NCBI GenBank assembly: GCA_001770205.1
Contig: MEQL01000019.1
Location: 1 to 45,228, forward strand
Direction of reading: 5' to 3'
DNA: 45,228 nt
From: Bdellovibrionales bacterium RIFOXYD12_FULL_39_22
GTDB taxonomy: Bacteria; Bdellovibrionota; Bacteriovoracia; Bacteriovoracales; Bacteriovoracaceae
The position numbers and the translations under genes were made by a program. Below the pieces are notes generated by a model. It ran no database searches. It was given only the letters and a program-made list of their open reading frames with translations, and was not told the DNA's origin. Below, in pieces: positions 29,902 through 39,515 of the stretch. Position 1 is the first letter of the stretch, and every line of letters begins with the position of its first letter.

Positions 29902-30451
29902 ATCCCAAAATAATTCCTAGGCAAACTCCCAAAAAGGCAGCGAAGATTATTCTAAACGTATCTGGTAGCATGAAGGTTATAGTGTGTGCAGGAAGCCAAA
30001 ACCAGGCAAGGGAGTATATGGCAACATGCATTCCTCCAAACTCCCAACGCCAGAGAACAATATTATCTAAGAGTCGATGCAAGTACATTAAAGTTGGCCC
30101 AAAAAAAAGATTTGTTTGAAAGCTTATAGCAAAAGCAAAAAAAATACGATTATTTGGATTTATAATTGAGGGAAGCAGGTTATTGCTTGCCTGAATTCCA
30201 ACAAGAGAAGTAAAACTAGAAAATCCCCATTTAATGAAAATTCCTAAAATTGCCCAAATTAAAAATTTAGGAAAAAACATCCAGAGAGGAAATGGCCGCC
30301 AATTCCCCTTGCTCCCAATAACACCACCAAGCCACTCTCCAAGAGTCCCGAGTATCATAAATTTTATGGCCGAAGATAGGTAAGGAAATGCCGGAGTGAA
30401 TTCAAAAAAAAACCATTTCATTTTAATTCCTTGGTAAAAACAATTAAACAA
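29864..30451 (-). CDS. Mpv17/PMP22-like membrane protein
   Basis: KFMILGTLGE...FWLPAHTITFMLPDTFRIIFAA. Confidence 0.6.
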   Translation of the reverse strand: MFNCFYQGIKMKWFFFEFTPAFPYLSSAIKFMILGTLGEWLGGVIGSKGNWRPFPLWMFFPKFLIWAILGIFIKWGFSSFTSLVGIQASNNLLPSIINPNNRIFFAFAISFQTNLFFGPTLMYLHRLLDNIVLWRWEFGGMHVAIYSLAWFWLPAHTITFMLPDTFRIIFAAFLGVCLGIILGFKKDLRFGQQTQ

Positions 30452-30714
30452 TGAAGCCTATTATAGGCATGAGTAGGTCAAATATTGAAGGAAAGAACAC
30501 ATTATTTAATCGCTTCTAAGTATACTAATGTCACCCTGTTTCTACATATATTGCCGGGGGATTGTTAAGATAATGGCTCGATATTGCAGGACTTATTAAG
30601 GGCCGTCCGTATTCTAAAAGAATACGAAAAAAAGGATGGGCGACTAATATTTATAATTAAAATGGCGAGGAGCGGTTATAATGGATTTTAAGTCCAGTCA
30701 ACCAAGGAGATACA

Positions 30715-32634
30715 ATGAAATTAATAAATAGAATATTCGCTACAATTATTTTTTTAATATTTTTGGCAGCATGTGGAGAAAAAGTGCTGGTGATTATTCC
30801 CGATGATTACATAACAATTCCACCACCCAGTTTAGATATTAAGTTAGATCACTATGATAGCTGCCAAGAGTTGGTAGATGAACTTAAGGAACAGGTGCAA
30901 GAAAAAAGAAAAATTGAAAATTCCGCCTATGACGACTGTAAGAGCGAAGCTTGTGCTCAAATTGAAGTAGTGCCGGAGGCAAGTCTATCTGACAGAACTT
31001 TGCATACCAATGTTCAAGTCAGTGGTATCGATGAAGGGGATAGATACAAAGTCGGTGCTGAGCAAATATATATTTTAAATCCAGGATATCTGGAAGTCTT
31101 TGCACGACATTCACTAAAGTACCTCGGAGATATTGAGCTAAACGGTATTAAGTCAGGAGTTATTTTAACATACGAAAAAAAAATCGTAGTCATTGGGCAG
31201 TTGCAAAACAATCGAGTGAGGGCCGTGATAATGCAACATACTGGTAATAATAAAATACCAGAAATAATATCAACCACAGAGTATACAGGCAATTATCGGG
31301 AGAGTCGACTGGTTGATGGACGACTATATTTTCTAGTGCAAGATGAACAATTGCTTTCCGTTATCGAAAATAACAATGTAGATGATAGCGTGATAGACGA
31401 TTATGTGAACACACTGGGAGAGGAAATATCTTGTACTTCCGTTGTGAAAAGAAATTATGCTGACTTTGATTATAGATTTAATAAAATAATAGAAATGGAT
31501 TTGTCTAATGAAAAAAGTAATAACGATGAACTCGTTTTTATTGGAGGAGGAGATCACTTTTATATGACAGATAGCGAGCTTCTATTAATTAAACAAGAAA
31601 TCAAATGGTATCAATTGTTCGGGTCCTTCCTTCCAGGGCAATGGCCTCAGAAAGTTTTTATTTTTCGCATATCTGTTGTCGGAGAAATGCAATACACTGG
31701 AGCGGGTGAGGTGGAGGGTAATATCAAAGATAGATGGGGGGTGAAAACCTACGATGATGGCATTCTCTCTTTAGTAGTTTCGCAAAATGATAATATGGCA
31801 TTATTTAATGAACAAAACTATGTAAAGGTTTTGTCCTTTAATGATGAAAAAAATCGCTACGAAGAGAAATCGATGGTCGGCCCATTTGGAATAAATGAAG
31901 AAATTAAGGCCGTGCGATATATCGGCGAAATGCTTTATGCTGTAACATACAGACTGATAGATCCCGTTTTTGCAATTGATATGTCTGACTTAGATAATCC
32001 CAAGCTTCTTTCTAGTTTAGAAATTCCTGGTTTTTCTTTTTACCTACACCCTATTGATGAAAATATAATGGGTGGTGTTGGATTTTCAGAAAGCGGCAGA
32101 ATAGAGATATCACTATTTGATACAACAGTGCCATCTGCTGTTGAAAGATTTTTTAATTATTCGTTAAGTGAAGAAAATTTAAACACGGAAGTCATGAATA
32201 ATCCGCAAGCATTTTTCTATGGCCAGGATGTGCAATTATTAGCAATTCCCATAAGAAAAAGTGCTGGTTCTCCAGAAATTTTTTCTCCAGAAATGTTTCC
32301 CATAATAAAAAGTGCTGGGTCTCCAGAAATTTCATCACGGCCAACATCCGGGGCCTTATTTTTAAAGAGGGATGGGGAAGTGTTGATTGAGGCCGGCATT
32401 GTCTCTCATGATGAAATTATTCCGCAACGTTGTAAAAAAATTTGGTACAATGAATTTGATATTGATAGAATTTTTGAAGTAGATGGCCGTGTTATTACTA
32501 TTTCTAATTTCGGAATTAAGGAGCACAACCCAACAGAAATAAGCGAGACGTTAATGGTCTCTTCAATTAATGCAAATGCGGCCAAAATTGAGGCCATTTG
32601 TGTTAAAAATGGATATTGGCAAATAGGTGAATAG
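30715..32634 (+). CDS. Lipoprotein with secreted beta-propeller domain (Beta_propel-like)
   Basis: LAAC lipobox; TNVQVSGIDEGD; AVRY...YAVTYRLIDPVFAID...LEIPGFSFYLHP. Confidence 0.85.
   Translation: MKLINRIFATIIFLIFLAACGEKVLVIIPDDYITIPPPSLDIKLDHYDSCQELVDELKEQVQEKRKIENSAYDDCKSEACAQIEVVPEASLSDRTLHTNVQVSGIDEGDRYKVGAEQIYILNPGYLEVFARHSLKYLGDIELNGIKSGVILTYEKKIVVIGQLQNNRVRAVIMQHTGNNKIPEIISTTEYTGNYRESRLVDGRLYFLVQDEQLLSVIENNNVDDSVIDDYVNTLGEEISCTSVVKRNYADFDYRFNKIIEMDLSNEKSNNDELVFIGGGDHFYMTDSELLLIKQEIKWYQLFGSFLPGQWPQKVFIFRISVVGEMQYTGAGEVEGNIKDRWGVKTYDDGILSLVVSQNDNMALFNEQNYVKVLSFNDEKNRYEEKSMVGPFGINEEIKAVRYIGEMLYAVTYRLIDPVFAIDMSDLDNPKLLSSLEIPGFSFYLHPIDENIMGGVGFSESGRIEISLFDTTVPSAVERFFNYSLSEENLNTEVMNNPQAFFYGQDVQLLAIPIRKSAGSPEIFSPEMFPIIKSAGSPEISSRPTSGALFLKRDGEVLIEAGIVSHDEIIPQRCKKIWYNEFDIDRIFEVDGRVITISNFGIKEHNPTEISETLMVSSINANAAKIEAICVKNGYWQIGE
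32246..32332 (+). repeat. In-frame imperfect duplication, 51-bp period
   Basis: ttcccataa[g/t]aaaaagtgctgg[t/g]tctccagaaattt at 32246 and 32297; encodes PIRKSAGSPEI...PIIKSAGSPEI. Confidence 0.85.
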
Positions 32635-32637
32635 ATA

Positions 32638-33526
32638 ATGAAGGCAAATTGTAAGTCTATATTTTTAATTAATATTTTATTTTTATCTTTTTACCAAGTT
32701 GGGTGCTCAACACTTAAAACATCTCAAGTCATTAACTCCTCAGATGACGCGCTAATTAAAACAAGACACCATCATTTGAACTTACAAAACTGCATGCCGC
32801 CATTTAATAACTACAAATTTTTTGAAGATGCCAAATCTTTTCCATTTGAAGACAGGACGCGTGATCTTAGTTTAATTAACGCATGGTGGCTCAGTGAAAT
32901 TTCGATACTATCTTATTCAGAAAAATCTTTTGTCGAAAAAAAATTAAAGCAAAATGGTTTTAGATTGGTCAACCAACGTGCAAGTCGCTCTAGTTAAAAA
33001 TAAATATGGAAATGGAAAGGTTCACAATGGATTTCAAGAGAGCTTAGATAAAATATGGCCACAGATTGATCGCTATGTTCAAACAATTAGAAGTGATCAA
33101 AAAAGTCTATGGATTACTGGCCATAGCTTGGGAGCGGCCTTGGCCACGTTGGCGGGAAGTCGTTACCAGCAAAAAGGGTTTTTGGCACATGGTTTATATA
33201 CGTTTGGTTCCCCCAGAGTTGGAAATGTCGTTTTTAAAAACAGCTTAATAATTCCACACCACCGCTTTGTTAATGATAATGATATTGTCACAATTGTTCC
33301 GCCTAATATCCTTGGTACTCTCGAAAATGAAGACAATGAATTAAAGTTCAGCGGCCTGGAGGAAAATGTATATGTTCATAGCGGAAAGGCCATCTTTTTT
33401 AAAAGTAAGAGGGATGATAATATGCCTCCGGAATCGCTGCAAGATATGATTTTAGATCATACTCCAATTATATATTCCGATAAAATTTGGAATAGTTTAA
33501 TATCACCTATGTTGCCCTTACCATGA
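32638..33526 (+). pseudogene. Class 3 lipase lipoprotein split into two frames near 32955-32965
   Basis: VGC lipobox and NAWWLSEISILSY in the first ORF; DWSTN, VHNGF, TGHSLGA, YTFGSPRVG, NDNDIV in the second; expected xFRGT segment absent. Confidence 0.75.
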
Positions 33527-34006
33527 TTGTTGGGCAGCAAAAATGTCCGGACAGGATGCCTCTGTGGGAGGAAAGATATTAAAAGCAAAGCTTAGATCTA
33601 GTGGCGTCTCGGCATCATATGAATTAACGACCTCAGAAGAGTCACATGTCAAGGCGCGAATTTCCGTTTCACAATTATTGCGAGCAGTAAGATTAATCAA
33701 GGACTCATTTTTGTACATGGCATTGATGGTCTCATTAAAGTTTTGATAGGTATCGGGAGTGAGACCTAGCACGGTATCGATATTTGTAATTTTACCAAGT
33801 TCACTATTACAGCTTAGCTGGGAAATTGCTCCTGGATAGCAGAATATTATTTTGTCACATACTATTTCTCTTAGTGTTTGTTTGATGGGGTCCGCGTTGC
33901 TTTGATGGCGATTAGGATTGCCAGTATCAGTTCCCTTGGTCGTTAAGCAACTTGGCAAGAAAAAAAGTACTGCCAGTAAGATTGTAACAATAGTTAAATT
34001 TTTCAT
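33518..34006 (-). CDS. Lipoprotein with TDTGNP motif
   Basis: MKNLTIVTILLAVLFFLPSC lipobox; directly downstream of the TIGR02147-like gene. Confidence 0.7.
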   Translation of the reverse strand: MKNLTIVTILLAVLFFLPSCLTTKGTDTGNPNRHQSNADPIKQTLREIVCDKIIFCYPGAISQLSCNSELGKITNIDTVLGLTPDTYQNFNETINAMYKNESLINLTARNNCETEIRALTCDSSEVVNSYDAETPLDLSFAFNIFPPTEASCPDIFAAQQSW

Positions 34007-34007
34007 T

Positions 34008-34856
34008 TTATTTCTCACCATCATCGATTATTTCAGTTAAAGGATACAGTTGAAAGTTCAATTGGTAAATTTTTTCTCTGGCACCATCACCTTCGGCAAC
34101 GGCCAGCACTTGCTTGCGAAAGTCCCGAATCATTTGTTGAATCTGTAAAAATTTTTCTGAAGAAAGGGCCACTGTAGTTGATGAAATTTCTCGCTCATTC
34201 CCTCTAAAGCGCTCTATTGATTCAGCGGCCATCTTTATCATTGTTTGGTGATATTGTACTACTGCCGAAGAAGAAACTTGATCGCCGGTGGTGATAGTTG
34301 ACTCAGCTTGTATAAGATTGCCCTTGTTATCAACTTTGGCAATTTCTAATTCTAGTAGGGTATTAATACCTTTTTCTACTTCCGTGGAGGTAATTGGGGG
34401 GATAAGTTTTGAAGCAATCCATTTAGGGTCATTCTTAAAACCTCGTGCCGGGATCATTTCTCTAATCGTAATATTATACCATTTTGAGTAGTAATCATAT
34501 TGGGCGCGCTTTAGCGGATAGAGTTTTATTACTTTTTTAAATTTCAAAATTTCTTCGGAGTAATATTTTTTATCGGCGGCAGTTGTTGCTTGATTAAGAT
34601 TTACAAGGGCGCGGAAAAAAGCAGATTCTTCTTTATTGAGCTTTAGTGCGGCAGAGAATTTATCAATGCTTTCGGAGGAGAGATTGCGTTCGGCATCAAT
34701 TACAAGTTTTAAAAAATTAGGTGACTTAAATCCGGCCTCTCGGGAAAAAAAGCGGTAAGAAAATTGTGGGCGATTTTGCTTATACCAGGCGACTAATTCC
34801 TTAAGATAATCGCGATAATTAATGTATACAAAAACATATGGTTTGTTTTCCTGCAT
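34008..34856 (-). CDS. TIGR02147/DUF4423-family HTH protein
   Basis: YINYRDYL...FSYRFFSREAGFKSPNFLKLVI...YYSKWY...REISSTT...YQLNFQLYPL. Confidence 0.88.
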   Translation of the reverse strand: MQENKPYVFVYINYRDYLKELVAWYKQNRPQFSYRFFSREAGFKSPNFLKLVIDAERNLSSESIDKFSAALKLNKEESAFFRALVNLNQATTAADKKYYSEEILKFKKVIKLYPLKRAQYDYYSKWYNITIREMIPARGFKNDPKWIASKLIPPITSTEVEKGINTLLELEIAKVDNKGNLIQAESTITTGDQVSSSAVVQYHQTMIKMAAESIERFRGNEREISSTTVALSSEKFLQIQQMIRDFRKQVLAVAEGDGAREKIYQLNFQLYPLTEIIDDGEK

Positions 34857-35147
34857 ACTCTGTATTTTATACTATCTACTATAAAGAACAAGGGTGGAAG
34901 TTATTTGCTGTATTCTATATGAATACGAAAATAGTATTTATATCCACTGGAAATTTTCTGGCCATCGGTGGCCGGGGGGGGGCTCGTCAAACATTCAGGC
35001 CCGCCCATAATTTGTGCTATGAATAAGTAACATCTATACCTTAAAAGGCATGGTAAATATTTGATAAAACAGCCTGCGATATTTTTCAAGAAGGAGATTT
35101 ATTATTTGATATACAATCAAGCTAAGTGGTGCTGGACGTAAAATAGG

Positions 35148-35744
35148 ATGCCCTAATTGTCTTCATCTCATTTATCAATCTTGTTTTTTCTTGGCATTAT
35201 TTTTTTGGCGCTCTCTGCTTGCAAAAGAGATGTCCATTTACAATTTGGAAATACTAGTAATAAGTATGCCTCTATACCAGAAGCAATCTTCACTGGCACA
35301 CCGTGGGATGGTTAGCAAGTTGGTGGCCAAGCGGAAGATAGTGCCTTGTCTGTTTCCTGGGCAGCGCCAATTTGTATTCCAGTTCCTGATTTTGGCATCA
35401 ATGAAACTGTCGAAATGTATAGATTACAAAAATATGATTTCGGTGGAACCTTGGCCGATTATCGTGATGCAGGAAATGGCCCATATTCCCACTATGTTGA
35501 TAATAGTGCCTCCAACTGTTTGGACGGCAGCGAAAAGAGTTTCGGTAGTCAGGATTTACCTCGTTGTTCTATTCCTGTCGTTCTTGAGGCCGGTAGTGTG
35601 ACCGTCACCCATTATGACAGTCCGAGTGCGAATGTGGCCAGGCGGGCATGGTTTATTTTTAATGAAATGTACAATGCGGAAGAGGTGGCAAACCGTAACT
35701 CCTACAATACGAGCCGTGGAATTACTTTTTTGAGTAAATCATAA
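35148..35744 (+). pseudogene. Lipoprotein pseudogene with in-frame stops (TAA 35154, TAG 35313)
   Basis: One frame reads MP*LSSSHLSILFFLGIIFLALSACKRD...TPWDG*QVGG... into ORF 35346-35744. Confidence 0.55.
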
Positions 35745-36496
35745 TGATAGGTTGTGTTAAAAAAATACTCCCCCAAACATTATCAATGGCATAATAACTA
35801 AAATTATCCAGCGGCGGCGAAAGAATTCGAGGCCAATTCCCTTCTAATTTTAGCAAAAGCGTGTGGCGTAAACATCTGCGGGTTATTAGAAAAAACTTAA
35901 GCATTTGATCACAAAGGGCATCATCATCTTCGCAGTGTATTTTAAATGGCCTTCGAGCGTGAGCTGAACAACCGGCAAAAAGGATATCAAAGCGCGAGGC
36001 CAGTAAAGCAATTGGCTTATTCCAAGCGGCCAAATCGCCCTGTAAAAATAGTTTTTTATTGGCAGGAGATCTTTGTTCAAGAATTTTTCCGACAAGATTA
36101 CCAGCATGGCCATAGTGAGTTCTGTAAAAATATATTTCGCTTGAGGGATCATCTTCATTGGAACGGCCAGCGATACAGGTAGTGTTTATTTTTTTGCAAC
36201 CCCTTCCCGTCGGCTCTTTCTGAGAATCGACCAAATTCCTCCTCCAGAACATCGATAATTGCATTTCTTTTTTTGCCTTCTTTGCTCTCTTTTACTTTTT
36301 TATCCTTCTTCATTTCAAAATTACCCTTCACCATTTTTATCATTTCAATGACGCGAGGATTGGTATCGTCAAACTGAAGCAGGGCCGACTCAGATAACTC
36401 TATGCCAAGCAGGGATCTGCTGGCCCAATTTGCAAGGGGAGCGGCTTCTGCTTTAACTTTTCTAGATGCGCCCGATAGAGGGCCAAGGAGACCCAA
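35722..36496 (-). mobile_element. IS66-like transposase internal fragment, frameshifted
   Basis: LLQFDDT, HAGNLVGKILEQR, LQGD, AGCSAHARRPF spread over two frames. Confidence 0.7.
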
Positions 36497-36698
36497 AGAG
36501 GAAAAATTGCAAAATATTATTGCTAATTATTAACAACGATAAAACACTATAACACATCGAGACTATGGGATAAATCACCCATCTTTTTTATGACCAACTT
36601 CTCGCCTACTGTATTTAATTTTTGCTGCTTTTTGCCTAGATTGCCCCTAATTTGCCCCTCAAAAAATTTGAAGAAATAAAATCAATATTCACCTATCG

Positions 36699-36727
36699 TT
36701 GACAATATAACGAATATGTTATATCAT
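36699..36727 (+). promoter_or_regulatory. Sigma70-type promoter with operator for TA operon 1
   Basis: TTGACA(36699)-N17-TATCAT(36722); palindrome atataac-N6-gttatat at 36705-36724. Confidence 0.75.
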
Positions 36728-36732
36728 TAGAT

Positions 36733-37053
36733 ATGGAGATTGTTGTACTAAAGCAGGCAAAAAAAGAGTTAAAAGATGGGCCCAAAGAATTGATGGTGGA
36801 CATTTATTCACTTTTCGACGACCTGTCACACGGAAAATCTTTAGGAATGCCAATCTCACGGCCACTAACATCGATAGCAAGTGGATTACATGAGCTACGA
36901 TTATCTGGCAGGGCCGGAGAATTTCGAGTGTTTTATTTTATTAAAATTGGCGACGCGATTTATATAGTCCACGCCTGCTCTAAAAAGAAACAGAGCATTG
37001 ATAAAAGAACGACCGATCTGCTGAGAAGTAGAATTAGGAGTATAAATTTATGA
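36733..37053 (+). CDS. RelE/Gp49-like (HigB-type) toxin
   Basis: LGMPISRPL...GLHELRL...EFRVFY...IVHACSKKKQ. Confidence 0.85.
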   Translation: MEIVVLKQAKKELKDGPKELMVDIYSLFDDLSHGKSLGMPISRPLTSIASGLHELRLSGRAGEFRVFYFIKIGDAIYIVHACSKKKQSIDKRTTDLLRSRIRSINL

Positions 37054-37346
37054 AAGAGACTCAAACAAAATTTAAAAGTTCAAATGAGTTTGGATCATTC
37101 TTGGGTCTATCTGAATTGGAAATGGCCATTATTCAGCAAAAGAAAAAGCTCATCGAGAAATTAAAAAAATCTCGCGTCGAGCATGGACTTTCTCAAGCGG
37201 AACTTGCTCAGATGGTTCAAACGAAGCAACCAGCAATTGCACGAATGGAGTCTGGTCTGGTAAGTGAAGTTAGTTTTGATTTCCTTGCAAAGGTTGCACT
37301 AGTTTTAGATGTATCATTTACTTTTAAAAGATTAAAGGCTGCCTAA
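37050..37346 (+). CDS. XRE-family HTH antitoxin (HigA-type)
   Basis: GLSQAELAQMVQTKQPAIARMESG; 4-nt overlap with the toxin. Confidence 0.85.
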   Translation: MKETQTKFKSSNEFGSFLGLSELEMAIIQQKKKLIEKLKKSRVEHGLSQAELAQMVQTKQPAIARMESGLVSEVSFDFLAKVALVLDVSFTFKRLKAA

Positions 37347-37534
37347 AACTATTTTTCGAATGTAATTCCACCGATTCAAAATTGGTTAAAAGTTAATTAA
37401 AAGTCAGTTAAAACTCAAATTCTCCATGCCCTATTGGAAGTATTGGCGGCATCCAGGTAGAATTTTTTGTAAACGAAAAAATGTCAGCTAACTATTGCCA
37501 ATCACTTGCCAAAGAGGCCCGACCTGTTTTTTTT

Positions 37535-37664
37535 CGGCTAATTTTCCCCAATCATTTACGGCAATTAAAGGATCGCATTTTTTGACCACCCCTCCTAACG
37601 AAAAACGGAGGCGGTGGTCAAAAAGATGCTTACTAATTGCTAGATTGATTGGGGTTTATGGCCG
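37535..37664 (+). other. Long interrupted hairpin, copy 1 (structured RNA or ssDNA element)
   Basis: Nested pairings cggcta/tggccg, ccccaatc/gattgggg, ggcaatta/taattgct, gcattttttgaccacc/ggtggtcaaaaagatgc, cctcc/ggagg; homologous to 40272-40414. Confidence 0.75.
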
Positions 37665-37803
37665 TGATAGAGAACAAAATTCAAAGTGAGGGGACTAATT
37701 ATTCTAGGACAGATTCCAAAAACAAAAAAGTGAGGAAGTTAAATTATTGCGATGAGAATGAAAATATAGTGGGAGTTCTACAAAAAAAATTAATACTAAG
37801 AGG

Positions 37804-37958
37804 ATAGAATAAATTGGTGCAGGCCAAATCATAGTCTTGGTGAGTTGATAAAATTTCAATAGCATAAGTTAACGAAATAGCTCCTCAGCTCGACTGACAA
37901 TGCATCTCATCATTAAGGTACTCACGCCTGCGGGCCTGACAATTGGCCCGGCGTGATC
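37804..37958. repeat. About 155-bp dispersed repeat, copy A, ending in a GC-rich hairpin
   Basis: Aligns with 44165-44321 (tagaataaat...gccaaatcatagtc...agctcctc...aatgcat...gtactcacgcc..gggcc..acaattggcccggcgtgatc). Confidence 0.85.
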
Positions 37959-38119
37959 GTTATAATTATACCTCACCATCGTGTAGTAAAATAATTACAA
38001 TCTACTAATTTATGGAGGTGGCCAGTGAAGTTGCTTCTCAATTTTTGCGATCATGCTCAGACGAGCTCGCTTTTCCGAGCATTGTTCACTTTCCGCCAGC
38101 GATTGTGGCCATCTACCAC

Positions 38120-38614
38120 TTACAATCCTTGAGGTTTTAATTCTTTCTTTTGTGCGCCAGAGGCTCTTTCCAAATCTAAATCACATGCCCTTCCTAACTT
38201 TAAAGATGCAGTATTATTTTGGATGGTAATTTCAAGATTACATCCCCCCTCAACCAAAGATTCTATTTTACCTGAGTCATCAATATTCGCTTCTTTTGCC
38301 AGCAACTCACCTTTATTTTCTTGTGTAACTACACCGGAAAAATCCCTCATATTTCCAGAACCATAAACAACACTAATTATTACTAAGGTTTTATTCTCGG
38401 CATTTTGTTTGATTGAAATTGTATTTTCAGCAGAATGATAACATGCTTGATCTTCTTCGTTAAAGTCGCCATTTTCAGAAACGCAACCTTCTTTAGTATA
38501 ATCGGAGAAACGGATACCAGATGGAGTACTATATTCTCCCAAAGTAGAATTGTTAATAGCGAATACTGTTGACGAGATTAGCACAAGACCTAAAATTGTC
38601 ATTGCTTTTTTCAT
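38120..38614 (-). CDS. Secreted hypothetical protein
   Basis: AGGAG RBS; signal peptide MKKAMTILGLVLISSTVFA. Confidence 0.75.
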   Translation of the reverse strand: MKKAMTILGLVLISSTVFAINNSTLGEYSTPSGIRFSDYTKEGCVSENGDFNEEDQACYHSAENTISIKQNAENKTLVIISVVYGSGNMRDFSGVVTQENKGELLAKEANIDDSGKIESLVEGGCNLEITIQNNTASLKLGRACDLDLERASGAQKKELKPQGL

Positions 38615-39155
38615 AGGAATCTCCTGATTTTAAACATAATAGTTAATATTCAAAACACACTCATAAATCGTCTACGTTATTGAGTGTAGCATGCGAATCG
38701 AAGCCGATTCCTGGAAAAAAAATTTAGTGTCCTTAATTACAGACTCTGTAAAAGAATTGTGCAGGCATAAAGCCCTAAAATCTCATTACCGAGGTAAAAT
38801 AACCTAATAATCTGAACATTAACCAACAGAACATGACTGGCTTGCATCAAGTGACTGCGCCGTTTTGGGCCTTGTAATTGGCCCTGCTGCGATCAATTTA
38901 TAAAACCATTTTTTATTACTTTCTCTTAGAATCATTGGATATTTGCATTTTTTCAAATTTGGGCCGTGAGATTTTCGCCAAAATAGGTACTAAGACTAAT
39001 GAGAGCAACATTTATTCTCAACGCGAAAATATGCGCCGCTAGGCCTTTGGATGGCCCGGCGCTGATGGAAAATAACAATATTTTCACAATGACGAAAAAA
39101 CTGGAATCGATACGTCAAAATCAAGTAGCAACTCCAAAATTATCAGTAAGTTAAA

Positions 39156-39340
39156 TGCAAACCCCCTGGCCATTTTCCCCTTAATGAGAGGAGAAAAAAA
39201 TTTAACACAATTTTCGGAGGTAATTGAACATGAAAAAACAGAGCATAAAAAAGTTGAATTGCTGGAATTTCAGACAATTGCAAAGAAACTGACGCCCGTT
39301 ATCCCATTAATGAGGGGGAGAAAAATTTTAAGCACGATTT
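39156..39340 (+). repeat. Two imperfect ~60-bp direct repeats (39156-39213, 39279-39340)
   Basis: tgcaaa...tccc.ttaatgag.ggagaaaaa.tttaa.cac.attt in both copies. Confidence 0.7.
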
Positions 39341-39515
39341 ACTTTAAAATTTTATCTATCGGTTTTGTTAAAAGGAAATTCTGGTGGCGGCCATATAGTT
39401 GTCTAGCCGCAGCTCAAAAACATTTAAGAGGCCCTCCTCGCCTTTCAGAGGAGATTTTCGTGGATAAGTGTGTCTTGTTAGTTTGGCACATTCTATTCCA
39501 AAGGATTGGTGTTGT

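Noticed and set aside
30574..30588. Sigma54 -24/-12 promoter (tggctcgatattgca)
   Set aside because: GG-to-GC spacing is 9 nt rather than the required 10
35313..35315. TAG readthrough or recoding in the lipoprotein gene
   Set aside because: A second in-frame TAA lies upstream and TAG ends normal genes in this window; simple decay is more likely
35191..35601. 136-aa ORF
   Set aside because: Alternative frame of the lipoprotein pseudogene, whose own frame has the lipobox
37495..37689. 64-aa ORF over hairpin copy 1
   Set aside because: TTG start without RBS, not conserved in copy 2; the substitutions preserve base pairing, not codons
37920..37965. Canonical integron attC site
   Set aside because: No properly spaced RYYYAAC/GTTRRRY pair in either orientation and no IntI-type integrase in the window; kept only as a degenerate possibility
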